From an uncultured Deinococcales bacterium (GTDB lineage Bacteria > Deinococcota > Deinococci > Deinococcales > JAAFIG01): 39,164 nt of DNA. Made by a program: the position numbers and the translations under genes. Each line of letters opens with the position of its first letter. The stretch's first letter is position 1. The notes beneath the pieces are model-generated. The model worked only from the letters and a program-made list of their open reading frames with translations, was not told where the DNA came from and made no database searches. The stretch covers positions 1-39,164 of the forward strand of contig CAXTTL010000015.1 of assembly GCA_964247135.1 (NCBI GenBank), given 5' to 3'. Shown here piece after piece: positions 16,727 through 28,273 of the stretch.

Positions 16727-16778
16727 TTGATTTTTTGCACGGATATGGTACTTTGTCCTTACCGAAATCGATTTCAGT
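16727..16778 (+). promoter_or_regulatory. xylA promoter with LacI-type operator
   Basis: TTGATT-16 bp-TACTTT with TG extension; perfect palindrome GAAATCGATTTC at 16764-16775 just downstream; GGAGG RBS follows. Confidence 0.65.
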
Positions 16779-16798
16779 GGCACCCAGGAGGCAAGACC

Positions 16799-17965
16799 AT
16801 GGCAGATTACACCCCAAAACCAGAGCACCAATTCACCTTCGGACTGTGGACGGTCGGCAACATTGGACGCGACCCGTTCGGCTCACCGACGCGCGAAGCC
16901 ATCGGCGCAGATTACATCGTGCATAAACTCGCAGAACTTGGCGCTTACGGCGTCAACCTGCACGACAACGACCTTGTACCAATTGACGCAACCGCCTCTG
17001 AACGCGACGCCATCGTCTCGAGTTTCAAAAAAGCACTCGCCGACACGGGCTTAAAAGTTCCAATGGCGACCACCAACCTCTTCAGCGACCCAGCCTTCAA
17101 AGACGGCGCATTCACCAGTCCCGACGCTCGAGTTCGGGCGTTGGCGGTGCAAAAAACCATGAACGCGATGGATTTGGGCGCAGAGTTGGGCGCAAAAACC
17201 TACGTTTTTTGGGGAGGACGCGAGGGCGCAGAGGTGGACGCTGGCAGCAACGCCATCGAAGGCTTGCAGCACTTCCGCGAGGCTTTAAACTTTCTTGCCG
17301 AATACAGCGAAGACCAAGGTTATGGTTACAAATTCGCCCTCGAGCCAAAACCCAACGAACCGCGCGGCGACATTTACCTGCCGACCGTCGGCAGTGCGCT
17401 CGGGTTTATTGCGACCCTCGAGAAATCCGAGTTGTTCGGCTTAAACCCAGAATTTGCCCACGAAACGATGGCGGGACTTTCATTCGTTCACGCCGTCGCC
17501 CAAGCCATCGACGCCGGAAAACTCTTTCACATCGACCTGAACGACCAAAAAATGGGACGCTTCGACCAAGACCTCCGCTTCGGCGCGGAAAACCCCAAAG
17601 GCGCGTTTTTCACCGTCAAGCTGCTCGAGGATTCAGGTTATACCGGAATGCGTCACTTCGACGCCCACGCCCTGCGCACCGAAGACGAAGCTGGCGTTTG
17701 GGCGTTCGCCCGAGGCTGCATGAGAACGTATTTGATCTTAAAAGAGAAAGTGGCACAGTTCAACGCCGACGCCGAAATTCAAGCCGCCATCAAGCATTAC
17801 AAAGTTCAAGATGCAACCCTCGAGAACCTGGTCAAAACCTACTCGAGTGCCAATGCCAGCGCCCTCAAAGCACACGCCTTTGACCGTGACGCCCTGGGTA
17901 AACGTGGACCTGGACTCGAGCATCTGGACCAATTGACGATGGAATTGCTGTACGGCGTGCGGTAA
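16799..17965 (+). CDS. xylA: Xylose isomerase (class I)
   Basis: [55 protein letters not shown] motifs. Confidence 0.97.
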   Translation: MADYTPKPEHQFTFGLWTVGNIGRDPFGSPTREAIGADYIVHKLAELGAYGVNLHDNDLVPIDATASERDAIVSSFKKALADTGLKVPMATTNLFSDPAFKDGAFTSPDARVRALAVQKTMNAMDLGAELGAKTYVFWGGREGAEVDAGSNAIEGLQHFREALNFLAEYSEDQGYGYKFALEPKPNEPRGDIYLPTVGSALGFIATLEKSELFGLNPEFAHETMAGLSFVHAVAQAIDAGKLFHIDLNDQKMGRFDQDLRFGAENPKGAFFTVKLLEDSGYTGMRHFDAHALRTEDEAGVWAFARGCMRTYLILKEKVAQFNADAEIQAAIKHYKVQDATLENLVKTYSSANASALKAHAFDRDALGKRGPGLEHLDQLTMELLYGVR

Positions 17966-17993
17966 TACCTAAATTACATTCAAGTCTCGAGCA

Positions 17994-18052
17994 GTAGGGT
18001 GCGCCCTGCGCACCGTTGAGCACGTTTTGATGGTGCGCGAGGTGCACCCTAC
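17994..18052. repeat. GTAG-type REP doublet (REPIN), copy 2, between xylA and xylB
   Basis: GTAGGGTGCGCCCTGCGCACC..17 nt..GGTGCGCGAGGTGCACCCTAC. Confidence 0.88.
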
Positions 18053-18085
18053 GAGTTTTTTGCTTCATCATCTGGAGAATATTCC

Positions 18086-19555
18086 ATGCAAAAAGTCAGT
18101 ATCGGCATTGACCTCGGCACAAGCGGCATCAAAGCCCTCGCCATCTCGAGTTCGGGTGAGGCGATAGCGGAAGCCAGTGCCAGTTACCCGCTTTTGACCC
18201 CGCAACCTGGTTGGACCGAACAAAACCCCGCAGATTGGGTCGCGGCGGCTCGAGCGGTCTTAACAGAAATCACGGCGAAACTCGAGGGTTATGAAATCGT
18301 GGGTCTGAGCGCGGCAGGGCAGATGCACGGCGCGGTTTTCTTGGATGCGAACCTCGAGGTGGTTCGTCCTGCGCCACTTTGGAACGATCAACGCACGGCG
18401 GAAGCTTGCGCCGAGATCGAACGCGCCATCCCTCGAGCCGAGTTGATTCGGCGCACGGGAAACCCTGCGGTCACGGGTTTTCAATTGCCGAAACTGGTGT
18501 GGTTGCGTGCCGCCGAACCCGAAAATTTTGCCAAAACCAAACACGTTTTGCTGCCCAAAGATTATTTGACCCTGCAACTGACTGGTGAACTCGTGACCGA
18601 ACCCAGCGACGCCAGCGGCATCGGTTGCCTCAACCTCGAGACTCAAAATTGGGACTTGGAGATTCTAAAAGCTTTAAACCTCGAGCCGAGCTTGTTCCCG
18701 CGTGTTATTCCCTCGAGTTCGGTCGCAGGCGGTTTAAACGCCACCTGGGCACAAGCCACGGGACTTCCCGAGGGCTTGCCCGTGATTGCTGGCGCGGGCG
18801 ACAACGCGGGCGCAGCCATCGGGCTTGGACTCTCGAGCGCCCGCCCTGGCGTGGGCAGCGTCAGCCTCGGCACGAGCGGCGTGATTTTCTTGCCACTCGA
18901 GAAACCGAGCGTTGACCCCGAAGGTCGAGTTCATTTGTTCTGCCACGCCGACGGCGGCTATCACTTTCTGGGCGTGACCCTGGCGGCGGCGGGCAGTTTG
19001 CAATGGTTTAAAGATTCGCTGGCAGCCGACACCAGCTTTGAAACCCTGATGACCGAAGCCTCGAGCGTTCCCGCAGGTTCGGACGGCTTGCTGTTCCTGC
19101 CGTATCTGGCAGGCGAACGCAGCCCTCACCTCGACCCGAACGTTCGCGGCGCATGGATTGGTCTCAGCCTCGCGCACCACCGTCCGCACCTGGTTCGCGC
19201 CTTGCTCGAGGGAGTTGCCTTCAGCCTCGCCGATACGCTCGAGGTCATGCGACCACTCGCGCCACTCGAGAAACTGCTTTCAATCGGCGGCGGCTCAAAA
19301 TCCGATTTGTGGCTCGGCATTGTCGGCAGCGTTCTTGGGGTCAAACTCGAGCGTCCAGACTTTGAAGAGGGACCCGCTCGAGGTGCGGCGGTTCTGGCGC
19401 TCGTGGGCGCAGGAGTTTACCCGAATGTTGCGGCGGCGCTCGAGGCGACGGCGCCAAAATCCGTGGATTTCCCAACCACAGCAGAACCCGCGTACAAGCG
19501 GTCACTCGAGCGTTACCGTGCGGCTTACCCTGTGATTAAGGCACTCTCGAGCTAA
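18086..19555 (+). CDS. xylB: Xylulokinase (FGGY family)
   Basis: [45 protein letters not shown]; follows xylA. Confidence 0.96.
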   Translation: MQKVSIGIDLGTSGIKALAISSSGEAIAEASASYPLLTPQPGWTEQNPADWVAAARAVLTEITAKLEGYEIVGLSAAGQMHGAVFLDANLEVVRPAPLWNDQRTAEACAEIERAIPRAELIRRTGNPAVTGFQLPKLVWLRAAEPENFAKTKHVLLPKDYLTLQLTGELVTEPSDASGIGCLNLETQNWDLEILKALNLEPSLFPRVIPSSSVAGGLNATWAQATGLPEGLPVIAGAGDNAGAAIGLGLSSARPGVGSVSLGTSGVIFLPLEKPSVDPEGRVHLFCHADGGYHFLGVTLAAAGSLQWFKDSLAADTSFETLMTEASSVPAGSDGLLFLPYLAGERSPHLDPNVRGAWIGLSLAHHRPHLVRALLEGVAFSLADTLEVMRPLAPLEKLLSIGGGSKSDLWLGIVGSVLGVKLERPDFEEGPARGAAVLALVGAGVYPNVAAALEATAPKSVDFPTTAEPAYKRSLERYRAAYPVIKALSS

Positions 19556-19605
19556 TCGTGAATCTCTTTATGGTGTTTTGATCACCAAAGGTCTAAACTT
19601 CAAGT

Positions 19606-20217
19606 ATGGCGTACAGCAATTTCACACTCCCAAACGTGGTTAAACAATTTGGGTTGCACTTGGTCACAACCGAGCGTTTACCCTTAGAGTACACACCAAT
19701 CGCTCCATCATCAATTTTAAGCAGCAACCTCGAGCGCGGTGCAGATATTGCGATTCAGCAAGCCACCGAGAAGTCAAGAAGCGAATTTATCATTGCACCA
19801 ATTTTGCTCGAGGTACGTGGAATTGTGGGTCGTGAAGTCTCGGTTTTTAGCGGTGTTGAATTGAACGTGGACAGCGAACAGGGTTTGGTTGGTGTGTGTG
19901 ATTTTTTGTTTTCCAGATCGACCCAACAAATGTTCTTGGAGACCCCGATTTTGACTGTTGTAGAGGCAAAAAACGAGTATTTCAAACAAGGTATTGCCCA
20001 GGCTGCGGCAGAAATGGTCGCCGCCCAAATTCTCAATCAACGCGAAAACAAGCCTCAAGCACGAATGTTCGGGGCGGTCACGATTGGCAACGAATGGCAG
20101 TTCTTGCAACTCGAGGATGGTGTTTTGACGGTTGACAACCGTTTTTATGATTTGAATGATTTACCAGAAATCCTTGGTATTTTGGTCGCCATGCTCAGTC
20201 AAAAGGTTTCGGGATAG
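19606..20217 (+). CDS. PD-(D/E)XK nuclease-like protein (type I restriction HsdR N-terminal-like family)
   Basis: EKSRSEFIIAP, GVCDF, VVEAK, QAAAEM, GAVTIGNEWQF motifs. Confidence 0.65.
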   Translation: MAYSNFTLPNVVKQFGLHLVTTERLPLEYTPIAPSSILSSNLERGADIAIQQATEKSRSEFIIAPILLEVRGIVGREVSVFSGVELNVDSEQGLVGVCDFLFSRSTQQMFLETPILTVVEAKNEYFKQGIAQAAAEMVAAQILNQRENKPQARMFGAVTIGNEWQFLQLEDGVLTVDNRFYDLNDLPEILGILVAMLSQKVSG

Positions 20218-20278
20218 CATTCTCGAGTGCAACTGGGCGGCGTGTCCTGCGGTGACCAATACTCAGACTACGCTCGAG

Positions 20279-21037
20279 TCAAGCAATTTTAACGGCTCGA
20301 GCTTGTTCTTTTAATCCCGCCAAAAATTCTTCAGGCACATTCCCAGCCGTAATCAATAAATTCACTTCCTCGAGCTTGGCAAAACTCGAGAGTGTGTCAT
20401 GACCCAGTTTAGATGCGTCAGCCAGCACAAAACGTTCTTTGGCAGCATTTATCATGGCGCGTTTGGTTTGCGCCTCGAGCGGGTTGGGTGTGGAATACCC
20501 ACGGTCCAAGCTGACGCCTGTCGTGCCAAGAAACACTTTGTCCACATGGTAACCCTCGAGCAAACTCACGGTGCTGGGTCCAATCAGCGCAAGGCTGTGA
20601 TGCCGAACTTGACCGCCCAACAGCACCACATCCCAGTTTGTACCAGTCAACTCGAGCGCAATCGGGACGCTGTTGGTCAGCACGAACAACGATTCAAACT
20701 TGCCTTTGATGGCTTGAGCCAGCGCCAGGGTGCTGCTGCCCGCATCCAAAATAATTGCGTCACCCTCGCAGACAAACTCGAGTGCGGCGTTGGCTATCGC
20801 GGTTTTTTCGGGTTCTTGCAAGTGGAGTTTTTCCTGAAATGACGGATTGAAACGACTTTTTTGCGTGAACACCGCGCCGCCGTGCGTTCGTTGCAGCAAC
20901 CCCCGAGCCTCGAGTTCGGTCAGGTCTTTGCGAATCGTCACGAGTGAAACGCCAAATTGTTCAGCCAAATCTTCGACCCGCACGTTGAGGTTGCGCTCGA
21001 GCAGGTCAATGATTTGGGTGCGGCGCTCAATGGGCAT
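20279..21037 (-). CDS. DeoR family regulator, probable inositol regulon repressor
   Basis: VSLVTIRKDLTELEARGLLQRTHGGA HTH; directly downstream of iolB. Confidence 0.9.
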   Translation of the reverse strand: MPIERRTQIIDLLERNLNVRVEDLAEQFGVSLVTIRKDLTELEARGLLQRTHGGAVFTQKSRFNPSFQEKLHLQEPEKTAIANAALEFVCEGDAIILDAGSSTLALAQAIKGKFESLFVLTNSVPIALELTGTNWDVVLLGGQVRHHSLALIGPSTVSLLEGYHVDKVFLGTTGVSLDRGYSTPNPLEAQTKRAMINAAKERFVLADASKLGHDTLSSFAKLEEVNLLITAGNVPEEFLAGLKEQARAVKIA

Positions 21038-21109
21038 TTTTGAGACTCCAAGGGGAACTGAAAGAGAAATTGGATCAATGATCTTGGCTCACATTGGAAA
21101 TCGTTGTGC

Positions 21110-21139
21110 CGTAGGTGTGCATGGCAATGCGCCCCTACG
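21110..21139. repeat. GTAG-related palindromic REP, family B
   Basis: CGTAGGTGTGCATGGCAATGCGCCCCTACG; near-identical to 32616-32645. Confidence 0.75.
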
Positions 21140-21202
21140 TTGGAACGCCCAATCAAATGATGGGATTTGTTTGGTTTTCTGATATTTCGATATTTGAATC
21201 AT

Positions 21203-22027
21203 TCAAGATGAGGACTTTAACGGTAACTCGAGTGCATTGCCCGTCCAATTGTCTTTGACCCAATCGTAATCAGGATCGTTTTTGACAACGTAATCCCTGG
21301 TTGGACCTGCAAGGTAATTCAGAAAATACAAGTTTGTGCCTGGGGCGGTGCTGCCAGGGTGATAGCCTTCGGGCACAAGCACCAAATCCGAATCCTTCGT
21401 CACCATGATTTCGTCCAGGTCGGTGTCTTTGGTGTAAATCCGAAACACGCCAAACCCATTTTTTGGGCTGACTTTAAAGTAATAGGTTTCTTCCAAATAA
21501 CTCGAGCCTTCGCGTCCGTCGTGACGGTGCGGTGGAAAACCACTCCAGTTGCCACTGGGACTGTAAACCTCGAAGACAAACAATTTTTCGGTCTGAACTG
21601 GCTCGAGCGAGAGGTGCACGATCTGGCGGGTGACATTCGCGCCGCCGCGCATTTCGGTTTGAAATTCGTGTGGCTGGTACAAACGCACTGGGTACAAACC
21701 TTCGGCAGGAGCGCCGCCGATACTGAACTCGAGCGGACTGCTGGCGGTGATGGTGTAACTCGAGTTTGGCGGCAGGTACAGTGCGGTGGGTAAACCCGCA
21801 AAAACATTTTTGCGTCCCAAAATCTCAAATTCTTGCGTTCCCACGCTGGCTCGAGCGCCGCCCGAAAGGAACACGATCAATTCTTCGCAATTTTTAGAAT
21901 CTCCAGAGTACGATTCACCAGTCTCGAGTTTCACGACTTTAAACGACAAATGCTGCCAGCCTGCGTTTTCGGGGGTGACCTCATGCAGGACGCTCGAGTT
22001 GGCGTTGGCGGTTCGGTGCAGTTTCAT
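21203..22027 (-). CDS. iolB: 5-deoxy-glucuronate isomerase
   Basis: GRKNVF, EVYSPSGNWSGFPPHRHD, LEETYY, VPEGYHP, YFLNYLAGP motifs. Confidence 0.93.
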   Translation of the reverse strand: MKLHRTANANSSVLHEVTPENAGWQHLSFKVVKLETGESYSGDSKNCEELIVFLSGGARASVGTQEFEILGRKNVFAGLPTALYLPPNSSYTITASSPLEFSIGGAPAEGLYPVRLYQPHEFQTEMRGGANVTRQIVHLSLEPVQTEKLFVFEVYSPSGNWSGFPPHRHDGREGSSYLEETYYFKVSPKNGFGVFRIYTKDTDLDEIMVTKDSDLVLVPEGYHPGSTAPGTNLYFLNYLAGPTRDYVVKNDPDYDWVKDNWTGNALELPLKSSS

Positions 22028-23028
22028 AAGACCTCACTGACTTTGACGGGACGTTTCTCGCGCCAGCTTGTCCGTGCGGCAAGCGCCAAACGCAAGGTGG
22101 CGAGGGCTTCATCGACGCCTGGATTGGGCGGTGTGTCGTTTCGCAGACTGGCAAAAAATGCCTCGAGTTGCAATTTGTAGGCGGCTTCAAAACGATCTGG
22201 AAAGCAATCAAACACGTCCGCTCGAGATTCGGAATTGGTGAAATGCGTGATGGGTGTTTTGTTCGCGCCCTCGATCACCACTTTGCCGATTGAACCCGCG
22301 ACCTCGGTGCGAATGTCATAACCCCAATTGGAATGCCTCGAGTTTTCCACCACGCCAAGCACCCCGTTTTTGAAGCGCAACATGCAAACGCTGGTGTCGC
22401 AATCCTCGGCTTCAGAAAACATCTCATGTACGAGAACGCCGCCCCAAGCGCTGACCTCTTCGACCTCGCCAATCAAAAACCGTGCCAGATCAAGGTCGTG
22501 AACGCTCATGTCCAGAAACATGCCGCCGCTTGGGCGGATGTACGCGGGATTGGGCAGGTAGGTGTCGCGCCCGAGCGCCCGAAACGTCTCGAGTTTCCCG
22601 AGGCTGCCGTCATCAATTAATCGTTTGGCGTTGACATAACCAGAGTCAAAGCGGCGCATAAAACCGATCTGACACGGGACTTTTGCGGCATTCACAACTT
22701 TGATTGTCTCGAGCGTTTCGGCAATGGTCAACGCAATCGGTTTCTCGCACCAAATCGCTTTGCCCGCCTTTGCCGCCATCTGAATCAAACTGGCGTGGGT
22801 GTTGGTCGGCGTGACAATTACCACCGCATCCACATCTGGGCGCTCGATTGCGGCGGCAAAATCCGTGGTCGCAAGCTCGGCTCGAGCCAAAGTTTTCGCG
22901 TGTTCTGCAGCCTCGAGGTTGACATCCGCCACCACCACCACGCGCACGCTCGAGATGCCAGCAAGGTTTTTGATGTGCGTCAAACCCATGCGTCCCGCGC
23001 CGATAAACGCCACGTTGATCAAAATCAC
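22024..23028 (-). CDS. iolG: Gfo/Idh/MocA oxidoreductase, inositol 2-dehydrogenase
   Basis: GAGRMG, CEKP, GFMRRFD, SGGMFLDMSVHD, GYDIRTEV; within iol operon; start uncertain (23022-23031). Confidence 0.88.
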   Translation of the reverse strand: MILINVAFIGAGRMGLTHIKNLAGISSVRVVVVADVNLEAAEHAKTLARAELATTDFAAAIERPDVDAVVIVTPTNTHASLIQMAAKAGKAIWCEKPIALTIAETLETIKVVNAAKVPCQIGFMRRFDSGYVNAKRLIDDGSLGKLETFRALGRDTYLPNPAYIRPSGGMFLDMSVHDLDLARFLIGEVEEVSAWGGVLVHEMFSEAEDCDTSVCMLRFKNGVLGVVENSRHSNWGYDIRTEVAGSIGKVVIEGANKTPITHFTNSESRADVFDCFPDRFEAAYKLQLEAFFASLRNDTPPNPGVDEALATLRLALAARTSWREKRPVKVSEVL

Positions 23029-24038
23029 CAACCACCTTGGGCGGTTACAAGCTCGAGAATTTCATTCATGGTTGGCATGGCGTTGGCGCAGGCGTGGCGC
23101 GACACCACGATTGCGCCGCAAGCGTTGCCCAAGCGCACGCTCTTAAACCAATCCCAGCCTTGCAGTTGCCCGTAAATAAAACCGCTACCGAAAGCATCGC
23201 CAGCGCCAACCGTGTTATAAACCTCAACCTGGAAACCTGGGGCGCTGACGATTTCACCAGATCGCAAATGCACTTCAGCCCCCTTTGCACCCGTTTTCAC
23301 GACCAGCGCCTTTGGTCCACGCTCGAGAATCATTTTGATATTCGCGTTCAAATCGCCTGTGATTTCGGGCGCTTGAATTTGCGAGTTGACAATTTTCAGT
23401 TGGTCCGAAGATGTCAAACCCACCGCGTTGATTTCTTCTTCCGTGCCAATCGCAACGTCCACCATCGGCAATATCGCACGAACTGCCACGCCAAAAGCCC
23501 GAGGATCGTGCCATTGATTCGCTCTGAAATCAATGTCCATAAACACTTTTTTACCCAAAGCCTTGGCACGTTCAACCGCGTAAAACGTGGCGCTCCGGCT
23601 GGGGTCTTTGCACAGTCCCGTCCCAGAAATCTCGAGCGCCTTTGCCCGCTCGAGGTTCGCAGCAATCACATCATCAATGTTCAATTCAACATCGGCGCAA
23701 TGTTCACGGTAAAACACGAGCGGCGTTTTGTGATTCGCTTCAATGCCAAGCACCGCTGCGCTCGTTGGATGCCCAGGTTTACGTGGAATCAAGGTCAAAT
23801 CAAAACCCTCCTGCTCGAGAAAATTGAGAACAAAATCGCCAGTTCGGTCAGTCCCAACAGCCGTCAACAAACCAACCTCGAGTCCCAAACGTTTTACGCC
23901 CACCGCAATATTGGTTGGACTGCCACCCACATACGCATTGAAACTCGAGATGTCCTCAAACCGAGTCCCAATCTGATTCGAGTACAAATCAATGCTCGAG
24001 CGTCCCATTGTGATCAGGTCAAGCGGTTTGGTGTTCAT
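23025..24038 (-). CDS. iolC: 5-dehydro-2-deoxygluconokinase (PfkB family)
   Basis: GRSSIDLY, YVGGSPTNIAVG, DIDFR, GTEEE, GAGDAF, NACGAIVVSRHAC; TAAGGAG RBS. Confidence 0.93.
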   Translation of the reverse strand: MNTKPLDLITMGRSSIDLYSNQIGTRFEDISSFNAYVGGSPTNIAVGVKRLGLEVGLLTAVGTDRTGDFVLNFLEQEGFDLTLIPRKPGHPTSAAVLGIEANHKTPLVFYREHCADVELNIDDVIAANLERAKALEISGTGLCKDPSRSATFYAVERAKALGKKVFMDIDFRANQWHDPRAFGVAVRAILPMVDVAIGTEEEINAVGLTSSDQLKIVNSQIQAPEITGDLNANIKMILERGPKALVVKTGAKGAEVHLRSGEIVSAPGFQVEVYNTVGAGDAFGSGFIYGQLQGWDWFKSVRLGNACGAIVVSRHACANAMPTMNEILELVTAQGGW

Positions 24039-24065
24039 GCGCAACTCCTTATGGGATTGCCAAGG

Positions 24066-24129
24066 AGGGCGCAGCTTCTTGACCCTACAGCAGCACCTAA
24101 CGGGCTTGGGGCGCAAGCAGCGCCCCTAC
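24066..24129 (-). repeat. Two degenerate tandem GTAG REP units between iolD and iolC
   Basis: Minus strand GTAGGGGCGCTGCTTGCGCCCC and GTAGGGTCAAGAAGCTGCGCCCT. Confidence 0.6.
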
Positions 24130-24141
24130 ATAATTTCTGAA

Positions 24142-26022
24142 TCATTCCGTGACCTTTAAATACGAACGTTGTTTTTTGATTTTCTCGTCATATTCCGCTC
24201 GAGCTTCCTGCACGCCGTTTTGCCCTGAGACTTCAGCGGGTGGCGCATCCCACCAACTTTCAAAGCCGCCGACGCGTTTTTCGGGGTCAACAAAAACGTG
24301 AATCACCGCCACGCGATCTGACTTTTTGGCTTCGAGCAGCGCGGTCTTAAATTCGCTTTCGGTGTGTGCTGTCCACGCTCGAGCGCCCATCGCTTGCCCG
24401 TGCATGGCAAAATCCACGGGAATAAAAGGTCCATCGTAACGGCTGTTCTCTTCGCGGTAGCGCAGCTCGAGTCCAAACGTGGGGCTGCCTTGGCTGCGCT
24501 GGAGGCTGTGAATGCTCTGAAAGCCGTGGTTGTCCACGACGATGATGATTGGTTTCAAACCTTCTTGTACGGCGGTGACAATCTCAGAGTTCATCATCAA
24601 ATATGATCCGTCACCGACCATCACAAAAACGTCGCGGTTTGGTTCGGCAAGTTTGACCCCGATGGCGGCTGGAATTTCGTAGCCCATGCAGGAAAAACCG
24701 TACTCGAGGTGGTAACTTTTGGGGTCGGTGGGTCGCCAGAGTTTGGGTAAATCTCCTGGCATCGAACCTGCGGCGCAGATCACCACGCCATGCCCGCCCG
24801 CCACGTCGTTGACCATGCCGATCACTTCGGCTTGTGAGAGGTTGTCTGGTTCTTTGACGGTGCGCAGATCATCAACGATCTTGTCCCATTCGAGTTTCAG
24901 ATCAGTGATATTTTTTTGATACTCACTCGAGATTTTATGATTCTCCAGATGCTCGAGTAAAGTTTTTAAGGTTCGTTTGGCATCTCCCACCACGGGCAAG
25001 GCGTTTTGTTTGTGAGCGTCCATCGCACCCACATTGATGCCGATAAATTGCACGTTTGGGTTTTGAAATGCGCTCTTGGAAGCGGTTGGGAAATCTGCGA
25101 GGCGCGTACCAATCGCAATCACAAGGTCAGCCTCTCGAGCCAGTTTGTTGGCGGCACTCGTGCCGAGCGTTCCGACCACGCCCACATTCTGCGCGTGATT
25201 CCAGGGCAGCACGCCTTTGCTGGCTTGGGTTTCAGACACCGCAATGCCTGTACTCGAGACCAACTGCTCGAGTTCGGTGTTTGCGCCCGAATACGTCACG
25301 CCGCCACCCGCCACGATCAATGGTTTTTTGGCGGCACGAATTAGCTCACAGGCTCGAGCGATCAATTCTGGTTCGGCGACAGGGCGGCGAATCCGCCAGA
25401 CGCGCTTGGCGAAAAACTCGAGCGGGTAATCGTAAGCCTCAGTTTGCACGTCCTCGCACAAGCTTAAGGTCACCGCGCCCGTTTCGGCAGGGTCGGTCAG
25501 AATTCTGAATGCTTCGGGAAGGCTCGAGATGACCTGTTCGGGTCGTGAAATGCGGTCAAAATACCTCGAGACGGGTCTGAAGGCATCGTTGGCGCTGGAA
25601 TCGCGCTCGAGCGGATGCTCCATTTGTTGCAGCACGGGGTCGGGCAGGTGATTGGCGAAGTAATCGCTTGGAAGCAATAAAACTGGCAGGCGGTTGATGG
25701 TCGCCAGTGCCGCACCAGTCACCATATTGGTCGAACCTGGTCCGATGCTGGCGGCGCAGGCATAAGTCTGCAAACGGTTTTGATGCTTGGCGAAAGCCGA
25801 GGCGACATGCACCATGCCTTGCTCGTTTTGTGGGCGGTAATGCGGCATCTGCAAATCGCTGCCGTATTCCTCGAGCGCCTGCCCGATGCCCGCCAGGTTG
25901 CCGTGTCCGAAAATGCCCCAGACACCCGCAATAAAACGCTGCTCGAGTCCGTCGCGGAGGGTGTATTGATTGGCGATGAAATGCACCACGGCTTGTCCCA
26001 TTGTCAGTCGAATGGTTTGCAT
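24142..26022 (-). CDS. iolD: ThDP-dependent THcHDO hydrolase
   Basis: IRLTMGQA, GIFGHGN, NEQGMVH, SIGPG, PDPVLQQ, EYGFSCMGYE, GDGSYLM motifs. Confidence 0.96.
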   Translation of the reverse strand: MQTIRLTMGQAVVHFIANQYTLRDGLEQRFIAGVWGIFGHGNLAGIGQALEEYGSDLQMPHYRPQNEQGMVHVASAFAKHQNRLQTYACAASIGPGSTNMVTGAALATINRLPVLLLPSDYFANHLPDPVLQQMEHPLERDSSANDAFRPVSRYFDRISRPEQVISSLPEAFRILTDPAETGAVTLSLCEDVQTEAYDYPLEFFAKRVWRIRRPVAEPELIARACELIRAAKKPLIVAGGGVTYSGANTELEQLVSSTGIAVSETQASKGVLPWNHAQNVGVVGTLGTSAANKLAREADLVIAIGTRLADFPTASKSAFQNPNVQFIGINVGAMDAHKQNALPVVGDAKRTLKTLLEHLENHKISSEYQKNITDLKLEWDKIVDDLRTVKEPDNLSQAEVIGMVNDVAGGHGVVICAAGSMPGDLPKLWRPTDPKSYHLEYGFSCMGYEIPAAIGVKLAEPNRDVFVMVGDGSYLMMNSEIVTAVQEGLKPIIIVVDNHGFQSIHSLQRSQGSPTFGLELRYREENSRYDGPFIPVDFAMHGQAMGARAWTAHTESEFKTALLEAKKSDRVAVIHVFVDPEKRVGGFESWWDAPPAEVSGQNGVQEARAEYDEKIKKQRSYLKVTE

Positions 26023-26084
26023 GAATTCCTTTTTAAAGCTGGAGAATTGTGTTTTGGTTGTCGTTGAAGCACGTTCGATTTTAA

Positions 26085-26236
26085 AAACGAAACCTGATGG
26101 AAAGCTTGCACTTTGATCGTCAAGAAGGAAAAAATTCTAGATTTACATGCTTTTATTTTATTGGTTTGCGCTTTCGTTTGTCAAAGAAAAACTTTAAAAC
26201 GAAAGGATTTACTTTCGTTTGCGAAACTCGAGTTTC
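26085..26236. promoter_or_regulatory. Repeated operator-like sites in the iolD/recQ divergent region
   Basis: AAACGAAAG-6 nt-CTTTCGTTT inverted repeat (26197-26220), extra half-sites at 26171 and 26085; AT-rich. Confidence 0.55.
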
Positions 26237-26260
26237 AAAAATTGCGTATACTAAAAAATC

Positions 26261-28237
<1,977 letters not shown>

Positions 28238-28273
28238 CATTTGGAGCAGCCAACCACCGATCATCGCTCGAGT

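Noticed and set aside
23037-24140. 367-aa plus-strand ORF
   Set aside because: Antisense shadow of iolC with no motifs; the same applies to 1533-2501, 5397-6200, 26585-27355 and 34850-35851
28241-28273. Possible heptamer repeats between recQ and the secreted gene
   Set aside because: Too short and degenerate to distinguish from chance
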